A DNA stretch of 20,000 nt from an uncultured virus (IMG/VR IMGVR_UViG_3300020463_001507) (lineage: Duplodnaviria > Heunggongvirae > Uroviricota > Caudoviricetes): the IMG/VR virus record IMGVR_UViG_3300020463_001507; one strand, written 5' to 3'. The position numbers and the translations under genes were made by a program. Positions 8,101-14,786 of this stretch are shown here, in pieces (the first letter of the stretch is position 1; each line of letters starts with the position of its first letter). A model generated the notes under the pieces. It was not told where the DNA came from and made no database searches. It saw only the letters and a program-made list of their open reading frames with translations.

Positions 8101-10904
8101 GCCACAGCCGTAGCTTGTGGAGTTTGCTGATAATATAAACCTCTATTCACAGCATTGTAATTTGTCTCCAACACCATGTCATTTGCAATGTCATTTAAAA
8201 TTAGTTCGACTCTTGATCGCCAAGTAGCTTCGTCATAAGTTATGTTAGGCTTGTTTGCATCTACCCAGGCAATAACTTCTTCTTGAATAAATTTTTTGTT
8301 TAGCCTTACTATCTCAGCCGCAGTGGTGTAATTTCCTACATTGGTAATAGTTGGTCCTACTGATATTGGCTTATCTGCATCTGTTAGATAATGATATCCA
8401 AAGAATCCTTGTTTATTTCCAGATTGATTAAAGAAAGGAGTACCTGTGTTTGCTGTGCTTAATCCATCAAATTCTCTGTCTCTATATAGATAGGTTCCCG
8501 CCCATGGAGATTGCGATGCTCTATCTTTTGGTTTAATTATGACTCTTCTATAGTCATCTCCCCTAATTGAAACATTGTCAGGAACCTTAATTGGATAATC
8601 TTCTTCGTATACACCTGACTCAATGTGTAATGTAATTTGTTTACTTTTACTAGTGTTTCCATATAGTATGCTTTCACCTACTTCAAAATCTTTTGGAAAT
8701 AGTAGTTGTACTTCTAAAGTATCATTGTTTCCGTTAGTAGCATCGTTAGAGGTTAAACTTACAATTTTAGCTACCGCTCCAGAAATTTTACCAGTAATAA
8801 TTTTTCCAGGTAACAAATCATTGTTACTAGGTATTCCTTGATCGACGTAATTCAAAGAACCGTTATTTAGAACAACTTTGTAATTGCTACCAAACACTTC
8901 ATCTGAACCAGAATTAATCCCATTCGTAATAATATTTGTTATCAAATCAAATTTTGCACCAATTGCAACTCTTGCTGTTGCATCTCCATCACCACCAACG
9001 TTAGTCCAACGTGTGACTTCTGTTTGATAGATAGGACCAACTTTACCAGTTGTAAAAGCAGAATAACCTGATGCTGTGCTAAATGGTGTAGTTAAACCTT
9101 CATCAGTAAACAATTCAAAAGTCTGATCAGTTAATTTTTTAATATAAGCAGTCGCACCGTTGATTTCTGTCATACCTCCTGACACAACAAAAGTGACTTG
9201 GTTCTTATCAACCAAACCGTGATTAGTAGTTGTGCCAACTACTGCTGGTGATGCTATAGTAATACTTGCTACTGTTTTTTCTTGAAAAAGATCCTGCTGT
9301 AATAATGCAGTAACTAAATCTTTCTTAAAAGTAATCGAAGCAAGTGTTTGGGTTAATTGTGTTGTAATTGCTTTTCTGGCACTTGCTGTTGAATAATATC
9401 TTTCAGCTGCCGCTCTTGTAAGAGTGTTAGCATTCAATCCTCTGTTTATATCTAATGCTATACTATCTAATATTAGTTGTGAATCTAATTCACAACGTGG
9501 TATGTTATAAGTAAAATTAGGATATGTAAATTTCAAATATCCAGTAAGTTCTTTAATGATAAAGTCTCGGTTATTTTCTATAATTCTTCTTGTTTGTTCA
9601 TAAACTGGTGACACAACATCTGCAACAGTGACTTCTGCATCTTTATCGCCACTGTCTCTTGTAATAATTTGTTTGTATGGTGCTAGGTCTGCTGTGGCTG
9701 GTGCTGAAGCCCTAACTAATTCTTGAGCTTTACCCATCGCCGCTTTAATAGTTCTGTACGCATAGGTCCATCCTGTACCTTCTTTACCTTGCGGTACATT
9801 TTTCATTAGGTCATCACCTGTCGTAGTCACAAATAAATTTGTTGAACTAGAATAAGCTGTGTTGTCTACATAAAATTTTGTTGCGGCTTGTAAATCTTCA
9901 TTACCATTCGGAGCACCTGCACCTGCAAGTTCACCTGGATGATCATTAAGATACAATGCACCTGTCATTGAATCACCTTGCCTACGCACAATACTCTTAC
10001 GTGGTAAAGCAACGTTATTTAAAAAGTTTCCTGCAAGTGTAGCATCATATGTATTATCAACAAGTGTATGTGTATCAGCTGCGGCAATTGTTCCAGATAC
10101 TGCAACCTTAGTTGCATTTGCAACATCTAAGTTTTGATCTGCTGCACTTGACGATGTTGTATGAAGTGTAAAGTTGTTATCATCTACACGTCTTATATAA
10201 TAAACGGTGCCTGTCACTAATCCAGATGGATCTGTGTCTTCTGCATTAAACTTGTAAGCTGTACCATTTATGCTTGAATCATATCCATGGCTAAGAACTT
10301 CAATATTATTGTTTAAATATCTGTTAATTGTTAAAGTATATTGTGTAACTGTAGCTGGCTCGTCGTTTATTCTAACTGGAGAAGTACCTGTTGTATCATT
10401 TATAAGGTATCTACCATCTGCATATCCTTTGCTTATAACTAAGTCGTCAATTGTTACAGTATTATCGCCATGACTAGTTGCATATTGTTGTGCAGCCGCT
10501 TCTGTTACTGCAACTTTAGCTATAGGTTTCTCGTTTGCTAAAAGTGGCCCGCCTAATGTTGGAGTTAAGTCATCTGACATTTCAGTAAATGCAGTTGATA
10601 TAATTAGCTTGCCAGCTATATTGTAACTGAATACAATAGTATCTTGTGCTCCGCCACCAAGTGCAGAGTTAGATGCAAGTGTTGCAAGTTGTATGGCTGT
10701 GCCTGCATCATTTACAAGTGGGACTGTATTTGCTGTCAATTGGTTTGGAGTATCTGCTAAAGCAGTAAAGTTAATAGTACCACCTTGTCCAAAGACTGCA
10801 TATAGTTCTGAAAAGTTTTCGTTGGTTTTACGAAACGATTCTCTAATACTATCTCCGGTGCCGTCGTTACCCTCTACACCAATGTTTACTTCTTGTCTAG
10901 CCAT
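2175..10904 (-). CDS. Giant modular virion structural protein (baseplate/tail-spike-like, interrupted beta-helix, C-terminal autocleaving chaperone), 2909 aa
   Basis: N-terminal VNIGVEGNDGTGDSIRESFRKTNENFSELY; beta-helix segments (AYRTIKAA, SGVYEEDYPIKVPDNVSIRGD, SPYIFACSSF, SNGYGNFGLVAEG); four helical repeats; two FCCH-like beta domains; C-terminal YADLAEKY..VVGVVSTNPAYLMN..GRVPCKV..IIGKALE; GGAG 8 nt before the ATG. Confidence 0.85.
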   Translation of the reverse strand: MARQEVNIGVEGNDGTGDSIRESFRKTNENFSELYAVFGQGGTINFTALADTPNQLTANTVPLVNDAGTAIQLATLASNSALGGGAQDTIVFSYNIAGKLIISTAFTEMSDDLTPTLGGPLLANEKPIAKVAVTEAAAQQYATSHGDNTVTIDDLVISKGYADGRYLINDTTGTSPVRINDEPATVTQYTLTINRYLNNNIEVLSHGYDSSINGTAYKFNAEDTDPSGLVTGTVYYIRRVDDNNFTLHTTSSSAADQNLDVANATKVAVSGTIAAADTHTLVDNTYDATLAGNFLNNVALPRKSIVRRQGDSMTGALYLNDHPGELAGAGAPNGNEDLQAATKFYVDNTAYSSSTNLFVTTTGDDLMKNVPQGKEGTGWTYAYRTIKAAMGKAQELVRASAPATADLAPYKQIITRDSGDKDAEVTVADVVSPVYEQTRRIIENNRDFIIKELTGYLKFTYPNFTYNIPRCELDSQLILDSIALDINRGLNANTLTRAAAERYYSTASARKAITTQLTQTLASITFKKDLVTALLQQDLFQEKTVASITIASPAVVGTTTNHGLVDKNQVTFVVSGGMTEINGATAYIKKLTDQTFELFTDEGLTTPFSTASGYSAFTTGKVGPIYQTEVTRWTNVGGDGDATARVAIGAKFDLITNIITNGINSGSDEVFGSNYKVVLNNGSLNYVDQGIPSNNDLLPGKIITGKISGAVAKIVSLTSNDATNGNNDTLEVQLLFPKDFEVGESILYGNTSKSKQITLHIESGVYEEDYPIKVPDNVSIRGDDYRRVIIKPKDRASQSPWAGTYLYRDREFDGLSTANTGTPFFNQSGNKQGFFGYHYLTDADKPISVGPTITNVGNYTTAAEIVRLNKKFIQEEVIAWVDANKPNITYDEATWRSRVELILNDIANDMVLETNYNAVNRGLYYQQTPQATAVAANKEATISAVRYIGYLVRNIAAVELSAEGIARIDDSVTEIVDIITNGSVNTGNGAGPLEFNYPITTAGADVNADATKARKQLQANNSFLQAEIAEWVNTNHSGASLDATRLKFEIGRVLDAASYDLQYGGNSATRRVALSLYNGATELWTASAAQRTAVAGALNYLSTIGETVLVDNVVTSLQSDVAQNITLEASSTSEQAEFSGLLQIVEDVVTANSTSGIAAETLPNFTYAESQFTTARTAILQASQILTIQNSVISFVNTNFVNYVHGVAKCRRDVGLIVDSIRNDLIRGGAEFTTESAGEYYYYYVAKYADGGFLGQEAITRDSITQIGVFLNQLFTGSYPSGSILQNTGASTYQPPVLTGGTAESGTGTLATNLVGRVTYAFDVNYNPAKRNNQMDVFLMNDGTIISNVSCQGHGGFMTVLDPEGQILTKSPYIFACSSFSKSENKKTFAGGMFLDAYVANLPVYVPETIDPGAALGGSQNGKINNFTLWIRSLPGEGLFLRAPLLPCPFYVEGRRYQINAISDYDSGNGWCKIYLDADSNGGTGYDESQFANTRYYRDLFLQTSGNRSLLAQNFTQINDLGYGLVCNNGAVSEQVSTFTYYNHAAFYAFNGSEIRALNCSNGYGNFGLVAEGADPNEIPDQVTLRDATMQPAKTVTTSTFTNAINDTDIYVTELARAPLPNSHVTIEHGGATGTLNYLINAVEAMSDSDNDQIFGEIGDVHVTGVESVTNIGGADGSRSAGTYTDVQGAGGAQKNISGATQTNPVRITTTTPHNLRDGARIVIAAVSGMTQLTNNPYYAKIVSSNVGETQFDLYSDEALTTTVDGTAYGAYTSGGTVNGGGASFNITVDGTGAATSVTVNRGGQNYATGETITIADADIGNGGGANLTFDVVAVANTLGIGNISNRIYKLSIAVDSAQANDFFDKIQATISTGTLVKFRNVKSHVFNGITDPTQLNVRPNTAINFDESDTVTYRSIDFQNTDPYAQAVGANSIFTTLDSAFETLDIESTGDTNLVGGNGSTQGDTKIAIKQLTRASDITRITRDIAGLQPGEGGYAGGMLFTHNGKVHQVTNYESDSTVAYITIQDVAGTNINKSYSGTGLNSGLSTSTAESFKLGINANSTAELTVSISLVRATGHDFTQIGTGSFNDSNYPNIILGKAENSLAEFYTTDNTASKAQVWERRKGRVFFVSTDQFGFFRVGKFFSVDQATGLITFSGEIGLSNANALGFTKGVTINEFSADDSMADASASAVPTEKSVVAYVNRRLGSTEGGSQVQASPSGNRIGQGFVPLNGTFPMEGALVMGTNQITGVANPGTDGTAATNKNYVDARVGEFDEVKKLRSVETNSQTKDDLLVATGKKRIFITPTSGGTWSVGQTITINGNAAINGSIVDLENTTDQLLGSVGNGYSVTIVTYTVGAGAFSLSDVLSNGTATATILTAPTDEWANASEASSSDINLNTTRTATDAEFDLQIAPGVIVNADVNTSAGIVQSKLSLQSANTFDEDDATNGYSGSATKTQADLGLAKFSDENFETSDGFVRIKDGGIAVAELTNINTGNVLGRTTAGTGSVEEISFANALTAGGGLVDSDFTNTVVSGDTGFPGSALIKLSAGNYGVSVISTASTGDTIARRKTTGAIQANSYIIGGTDTYEILSEASGTLTFKTPAQGTILTAVGGSVTPTVTYPIVKIPGNLDVGETNISTESTFHAGSSYTGESFVATDWIYTNFIEANGERDATGTGIGLGAGTGFTDAAADVIQIVTGGAVRVQVADTLTKVTNALQVDGNTTLGSDGSDTVTINGRVNANILPNADNTINLGQGGGTPLKFNTVYATTFSGTATTARYADLAEKYLADEAYEAGTVVVLGGTEEITVTSTKDDHRVVGVVSTNPAYLMNSELEGTHPTDVAMTGRVPCKVIGLIAKGDMLVASGVPGHAVVNNNPNPGTIIGKALENKADSGKGTIEIIVGKI

Positions 10905-10917
10905 TTATTGCACTCCG

Positions 10918-11280
10918 TTATATTGCTGTTTCTGCAAGTTTATCCATATCAAAATTTACACTAACGCCACAACCACATGATGATTTAGCATTAGGATTTC
11001 GTACTTCAAAATTAGAACCCACTATTGTTTTTACGTAATCTATTTCTGTACCAAATAAGAACATCATACTTTCATTACCTATTACAAATTTTCCTTTACC
11101 TGCATCCATTGTAATATCCAAAGGCTTTATTTCGTCTACTGATTTAACAGTACCCCAATCATATTCAAAACCTGCACAACCGCCGCCTTTTAGGTTCAAA
11201 CTAATACCATAGCAGTCATTTTCCTGGCATATTGTGTTAATTTGTTGTTTTGCTGATTCTGTAAGTGTACAAACGTTCAT
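10918..11280 (-). CDS. iscA: A-type Fe-S cluster carrier (IscA/SufA/HesB family)
   Basis: TLTESA N-terminus, GGGCAGFEY, GTEIDY, F..NPNA.SSCGCG.S with the three conserved Cys; AGGA SD. Confidence 0.93.
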   Translation of the reverse strand: MNVCTLTESAKQQINTICQENDCYGISLNLKGGGCAGFEYDWGTVKSVDEIKPLDITMDAGKGKFVIGNESMMFLFGTEIDYVKTIVGSNFEVRNPNAKSSCGCGVSVNFDMDKLAETAI

Positions 11281-11300
11281 TATGGTTCCTCGTTATACTG

Positions 11301-11308
11301 TATTTATA
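11301..11308 (-). promoter_or_regulatory. Perfect T4 late promoter consensus TATAAATA upstream of iscA and the structural genes
   Basis: tatttata at 11301-11308 reads TATAAATA on the minus strand, 20 nt before the iscA ATG. Confidence 0.75.
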
Positions 11309-11328
11309 AGTTTATTCTATAATCTTTA

Positions 11329-11336
11329 TGTAAATA
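11329..11336 (+). promoter_or_regulatory. Divergent late-like box TGTAAATA
   Basis: TAAATA at 11331-11336, 5 nt before ATG 11342. Confidence 0.6.
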
Positions 11337-11341
11337 TAGTT

Positions 11342-11629
11342 ATGTATATTAGAGAATTTGAAGAAGAAACTAGGCATACCCGTAGATCTAAGTCTGGTAG
11401 AAAACATAGTTATAGACGTGCTAAAACAGTAGTTGTTTTAAGATGTGATAATTGTGATGTAGAATTTCATCGTGAGAGAGGAACAATGGATCCAAAACGT
11501 CTGTCCAATAATTATTTTCATGTATGCCACAAATGTGATGCTAAAACATTTGCTCAAAAAAAGGGAGTAGAAAAGAAGCAGATGTGGAATCTATCTGCTT
11601 CTAGTGATATACCTATAGGTAAACTTTAG
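11342..11629 (+). CDS. Small basic CxxC...CxxC zinc-binding protein, 95 aa
   Basis: CDNC and CHKC motifs, Arg/Lys-rich N-terminus. Start moved from 11234 (which overlaps iscA) to ATG 11342 after the TAAATA box. Confidence 0.8.
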   Translation: MYIREFEEETRHTRRSKSGRKHSYRRAKTVVVLRCDNCDVEFHRERGTMDPKRLSNNYFHVCHKCDAKTFAQKKGVEKKQMWNLSASSDIPIGKL

Positions 11630-11790
11630 TCTTCTTTTTTGTAGATTGTCCATGCACCGTATGCAATAGCTGCATAGGCTGCAATTTTAGCAAATGGACC
11701 AGCAATTAAAACTATTACACCTATTAAAATAAGTGCGGCACCGTCCCAAGAAGTTCTTTCTTCTATTCTTGATTTTAACCATTTAATCAT
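11626..11790 (-). CDS. Small two-TM membrane protein, 54 aa (MIKWLKSRIEERTSWDGAALILIGVIVLIAGPFAKIAAYAAIAYGAWTIYKKED)
   Basis: Manual translation; strong AGGAGG 7 nt upstream; fills the gap exactly; its stop overlaps the convergent stop of the Zn-finger gene. Confidence 0.85.
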   Translation of the reverse strand: MIKWLKSRIEERTSWDGAALILIGVIVLIAGPFAKIAAYAAIAYGAWTIYKKED

Positions 11791-12076
11791 TGTTTTGCCT
11801 CCTTTGATTTAAACTTGTAATAGCAGAGTCAAATCTAGATAACTTACGTTCTAATACTGAAACAGTTGTACGTAATTTACGTAATTGTTCATCTAAACTT
11901 TGTACATACTTATGAGTAGGTACTTGATTCTCAAAACCATCTTCACTGACCATTACAATATGATCAACTCCTTGCCCTTTAATTCCACCAGTAACCCTAT
12001 TAGGATTTTTACCCGATGGCTGTTTCGAACTGTCTAATTTTTGACTGCCGTACATTGTTTTCAAGTAGTTCATCAT
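11783..12076 (-). CDS. Hypothetical protein with C-terminal coiled coil, 97 aa
   Basis: AAGGA SD; TAAATA at 12091-12096; heptad pattern LDEQLRKLRTTVSVLERKLSR. Confidence 0.75.
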   Translation of the reverse strand: MMNYLKTMYGSQKLDSSKQPSGKNPNRVTGGIKGQGVDHIVMVSEDGFENQVPTHKYVQSLDEQLRKLRTTVSVLERKLSRFDSAITSLNQRRQNND

Positions 12077-13094
12077 TCTTTCCTTCGTAATATTTATGCA
12101 AATCTATACTGGCTAAATTTTTAAATTTGGATTCAACCATAATATCAGCATAGTCCAAAAAGCCCAAAGCCCAATCATTTACTGCATTATTCCACATCAT
12201 GTCACTGTGGGCTCTTAGCTTTCCTTTCTTATGTCCTTGCTCAGTAAGGGTTTGAAAGTCTGGTCTATGTGTTTTACTGTGTAATGAGAGAAGATCCTCT
12301 CTGCTAACACTATAATGAATAGCAGGCCTAGTACCACGCCAGCTATCAATAACACGTTTAAATCTGTCGTCAGTGGGTTCAATATATTCTCCTTCTCTAC
12401 ACCAATGATGATGGATATCTAACACCAGAGCGAGATCGTTCCCAAGCTCAAGACTGTGTTCGAGTCCCCATTTGTTTTCGTCGTTTTCGATTGTAATACA
12501 GTTTCTTGCCTCCGGTGAGAGGCTTTTAAGTGCGTCTTTGATACCGGCTGGACCTTTGCGTCCTGATATGTGGACGTTGCACTTGAAATCCTGAAACTTT
12601 TGACCGTAGCCCATCCAGCGGATGACATCTGTGTGATATTCAAATTCTTCTATGCTCCTTTTAACTATGTCTTCGTTGTCGCTCGCAAGTACAGTAAATT
12701 GGCCTGGGTGCATCGATAGTCGGACATCGAGGGCCCTTGCTCTTTCACCGACCTTCGCAAACTCTCTTTCGCAATAGGCAACCACATCAGACTTGCGCCA
12801 ATAGTAAGACCACTCATGCTGAGTATAAACAGGTAAAACATCACTGCCGAGTCGAACCATTCGTAATCCATTTGGTAATCCTCCTACGTATTCAATTAAG
12901 TTGTAGTAACTTTGAATATTGTGGACCATGATGTCCCACAAGCGTTGTTCTGCAACTTCTTTGCTCTGTCTATTTAACCATTGTACGGTTGTACACTTCG
13001 TATTCAAAGGACGTTGAATTTCTTCAAGAAGTTTTTTCTTCAGTGTTTGATCGTGATGCATAAATTTACATGCAAAACCTATACGTTTAATCAT
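12009..13094 (-). CDS. uvsE: UV damage endonuclease (UvsE/UVDE)
   Basis: RIGFAC, RLGSDVLP, RLSMHPGQFTVLAS, IENDE, LVLDIHHH, IHYS, RAHSD and DIMVESK motifs. Confidence 0.93.
   Translation of the reverse strand: MIKRIGFACKFMHHDQTLKKKLLEEIQRPLNTKCTTVQWLNRQSKEVAEQRLWDIMVHNIQSYYNLIEYVGGLPNGLRMVRLGSDVLPVYTQHEWSYYWRKSDVVAYCEREFAKVGERARALDVRLSMHPGQFTVLASDNEDIVKRSIEEFEYHTDVIRWMGYGQKFQDFKCNVHISGRKGPAGIKDALKSLSPEARNCITIENDENKWGLEHSLELGNDLALVLDIHHHWCREGEYIEPTDDRFKRVIDSWRGTRPAIHYSVSREDLLSLHSKTHRPDFQTLTEQGHKKGKLRAHSDMMWNNAVNDWALGFLDYADIMVESKFKNLASIDLHKYYEGKNDELLENNVRQSKIRQFETAIG
12091..12098 (-). promoter_or_regulatory. Late-like box CATAAATA inside the 3' end of uvsE
   Basis: 14 nt upstream of ATG 12076. 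Confidence 0.5.
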
Positions 13095-13219
13095 TTGTAA
13101 TTACCATCTCTATCATAACATTTACTGTTGAACCTTGCATATTCTATACTCATTATATAACCATATCCTTTAGAAGTCAAGTTTTTGTACCACCAAATAA
13201 AATCTTTTATTCTTATCAT
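13091..13219 (-). CDS. Small protein, 42 aa (MIRIKDFIWWYKNLTSKGYGYIMSIEYARFNSKCYDRDGNYK)
   Basis: Manual translation; starts 1 nt after the upstream stop and ends in an ATGA overlap with the uvsE start. Confidence 0.65.
   Translation of the reverse strand: MIRIKDFIWWYKNLTSKGYGYIMSIEYARFNSKCYDRDGNYK
13152..13180 (-). promoter_or_regulatory. Sigma70-type promoter TTGACT-N17-TATAAT upstream of uvsE
   Basis: -35 at 13180-13175, -10 at 13157-13152, 17-nt spacer. Confidence 0.8.
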
Positions 13220-13220
13220 G

Positions 13221-13430
13221 CTATCTAATAGACCCCATCATTACCAATATACAAACGTAAAAAAATGCAAATACAAAGACTGGAGCCGCATTTGATATTT
13301 TCTTAGTTGTTGTTGGTACTGGCTTTACATAATGAGACCCCATATAATCTCTATCCCAAGCATCTCGTCTTGTATCTTGTTTACGTTGATCTATATGAAT
13401 TGATCTTGGATCGACTTTGTGAGTACTTAT
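13221..13430 (-). CDS. Small protein with C-terminal TM helix, 69 aa from a non-canonical ATA start (40 aa from ATG 13343)
   Basis: Open frame STHKVDPRSIHIDQRKQDTRRDAWDRDYMGSHY...VFVFAFFYVCILVMMGSIR fills the gap; GGGAG 9 nt before ATA at 13430. Confidence 0.6.
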   Translation of the reverse strand: MSTHKVDPRSIHIDQRKQDTRRDAWDRDYMGSHYVKPVPTTTKKISNAAPVFVFAFFYVCILVMMGSIR

Positions 13431-13936
13431 TTTAATTTCTCCCTCATTTTTCTTCTTAATAAAATTTGTTTGTTGAACGAATATTCATTCAATCCTTCGT
13501 AGTAGCCTTTTTTCTCAAGTGTTATACTTGCATTATCTAAATCAGTCATTCTTTGTATCATTACCATTGTATAGTCTTCACCGTACTGGTTTAGTAACCA
13601 TTTGTCTTGTTTCTGTTCTGCTAACATACAATTTATAGCATCACAACCTCCTACTAATTGCATACCATTAATTACATGAACATCTGTTGTTGCACCTATT
13701 ATCACTATATCTTTTTCTTTGCCAAATAAATTTAGTTCCTTTGTTACTGTACCCCAAAAATTATCTAGTGTTAATTCTTTTATCTTAACTATTTTTGTTT
13801 TATTATTTTTCCATGCCGCTTTTGCATATGGGCAATACTGAATTGATCTTCCGTTAATAAACGGCTTGTCATTTTTTACATCAATCTTATCAATCCATTC
13901 GGACAAATATTGTTCTAAGTTATCTAATGTGTTCAT
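13427..13936 (-). CDS. Hypothetical protein with CPYA motif (DUF1415-like), about 169 aa
   Basis: YCPYAKAAW motif; ATG 13936 forms an ATGA overlap with the glycosyltransferase stop. Confidence 0.7.
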   Translation of the reverse strand: MNTLDNLEQYLSEWIDKIDVKNDKPFINGRSIQYCPYAKAAWKNNKTKIVKIKELTLDNFWGTVTKELNLFGKEKDIVIIGATTDVHVINGMQLVGGCDAINCMLAEQKQDKWLLNQYGEDYTMVMIQRMTDLDNASITLEKKGYYEGLNEYSFNKQILLRRKMREKLK

Positions 13937-14784
13937 TTCCAATTATTTACTACCCAAGGGTCTTTACAATTATGTGGATTTGGATCTCCATGAAATACAG
14001 CGATAAGACAGTCTTTAGGCGGCTCTACATGTTCAATATCTTTAAAAATTCTTTCTCCCTTGGGAGCACCTGGCGCAAGCTCTTTTGATCTTCTAATTTC
14101 CCATTTCCAACTTTTCACCCAATTATCTGGAAATAGCTTAGCCGGCAACTGAGCTTTGTTAGATGCATCATACAACCAATCTTGATCTCCAAAGAATCTT
14201 GATTGCACACCTTTATAGTCTTTAGAATAATCTTGCCATAGTTTTGCAAGTTGTCCACATCTAAATCTAATTACTGAACTGTTATATTTTTTCCAATCAG
14301 GTCTTAGATGTCTTGTAAAATCTCTTATTATACACCAATCATCTGGACTATATATAAACATGTTGTCTATATTGCTTACAATTACCATATCTAAGTCTAG
14401 ATATAATATAGTACCTTGGATAGGTAATTGATCGCTAAAAATGTATGGCTTACACCACCAACCAGATAAAAATCTTGGCAACTCTATTATGTTTATATCA
14501 GGATGAATATCATTCGGATTATCTGTTAGACAATGAAAATTAAAAGAAATATTACAATGTCTACTAACCATGTTATATAATTTGTTTACATAATCAGCTG
14601 AATACTTTGTACCATGTTTCACACAAAGTATGTTTACAGGATCAGATACCGAAGTAACATGAGACAAGTCGGACAAAGTAGGAATAACTTTACCTTGCTT
14701 GGCGGCACGTTTTTCTGCTTTTTGTTTAGCCTTAAGTCGTCTGTACTCTTGTTTGCTGTACTGTGATTTGTCTAGCTTTACCAT
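13933..14784 (-). CDS. GT-A fold glycosyltransferase (GT8-like) with basic N-terminal extension
   Basis: GWWCKPYIF, LYLDLD (DxD), YNSSV, GDQDWL, VFHGDPNP. Confidence 0.85.
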   Translation of the reverse strand: MVKLDKSQYSKQEYRRLKAKQKAEKRAAKQGKVIPTLSDLSHVTSVSDPVNILCVKHGTKYSADYVNKLYNMVSRHCNISFNFHCLTDNPNDIHPDINIIELPRFLSGWWCKPYIFSDQLPIQGTILYLDLDMVIVSNIDNMFIYSPDDWCIIRDFTRHLRPDWKKYNSSVIRFRCGQLAKLWQDYSKDYKGVQSRFFGDQDWLYDASNKAQLPAKLFPDNWVKSWKWEIRRSKELAPGAPKGERIFKDIEHVEPPKDCLIAVFHGDPNPHNCKDPWVVNNWK

Positions 14785-14786
14785 AG

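Noticed and set aside
5578..9271. Two domains resembling the ubiquitin E1 FCCH-like fold (about 9271-9047 and 5823-5578)
   Set aside because: This small beta module is common in phage structural proteins; no E1 catalytic, E2 or ubiquitin-like gene is present.
9..10980. Numerous plus-strand ORFs of 67-169 aa
   Set aside because: They are antisense shadows of the long minus-strand structural genes, with no SD or recognisable motifs.
11234..11341. N-terminal extension of the Zn-finger ORF given in the track
   Set aside because: It overlaps iscA and the divergent promoter region; ATG 11342 is the better start.
12419..12931. Alternative-frame ORFs within uvsE (also 14903-15100, 17598-17789, 18874-19101)
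   Set aside because: They are fully nested in well-supported genes and have no independent signals.
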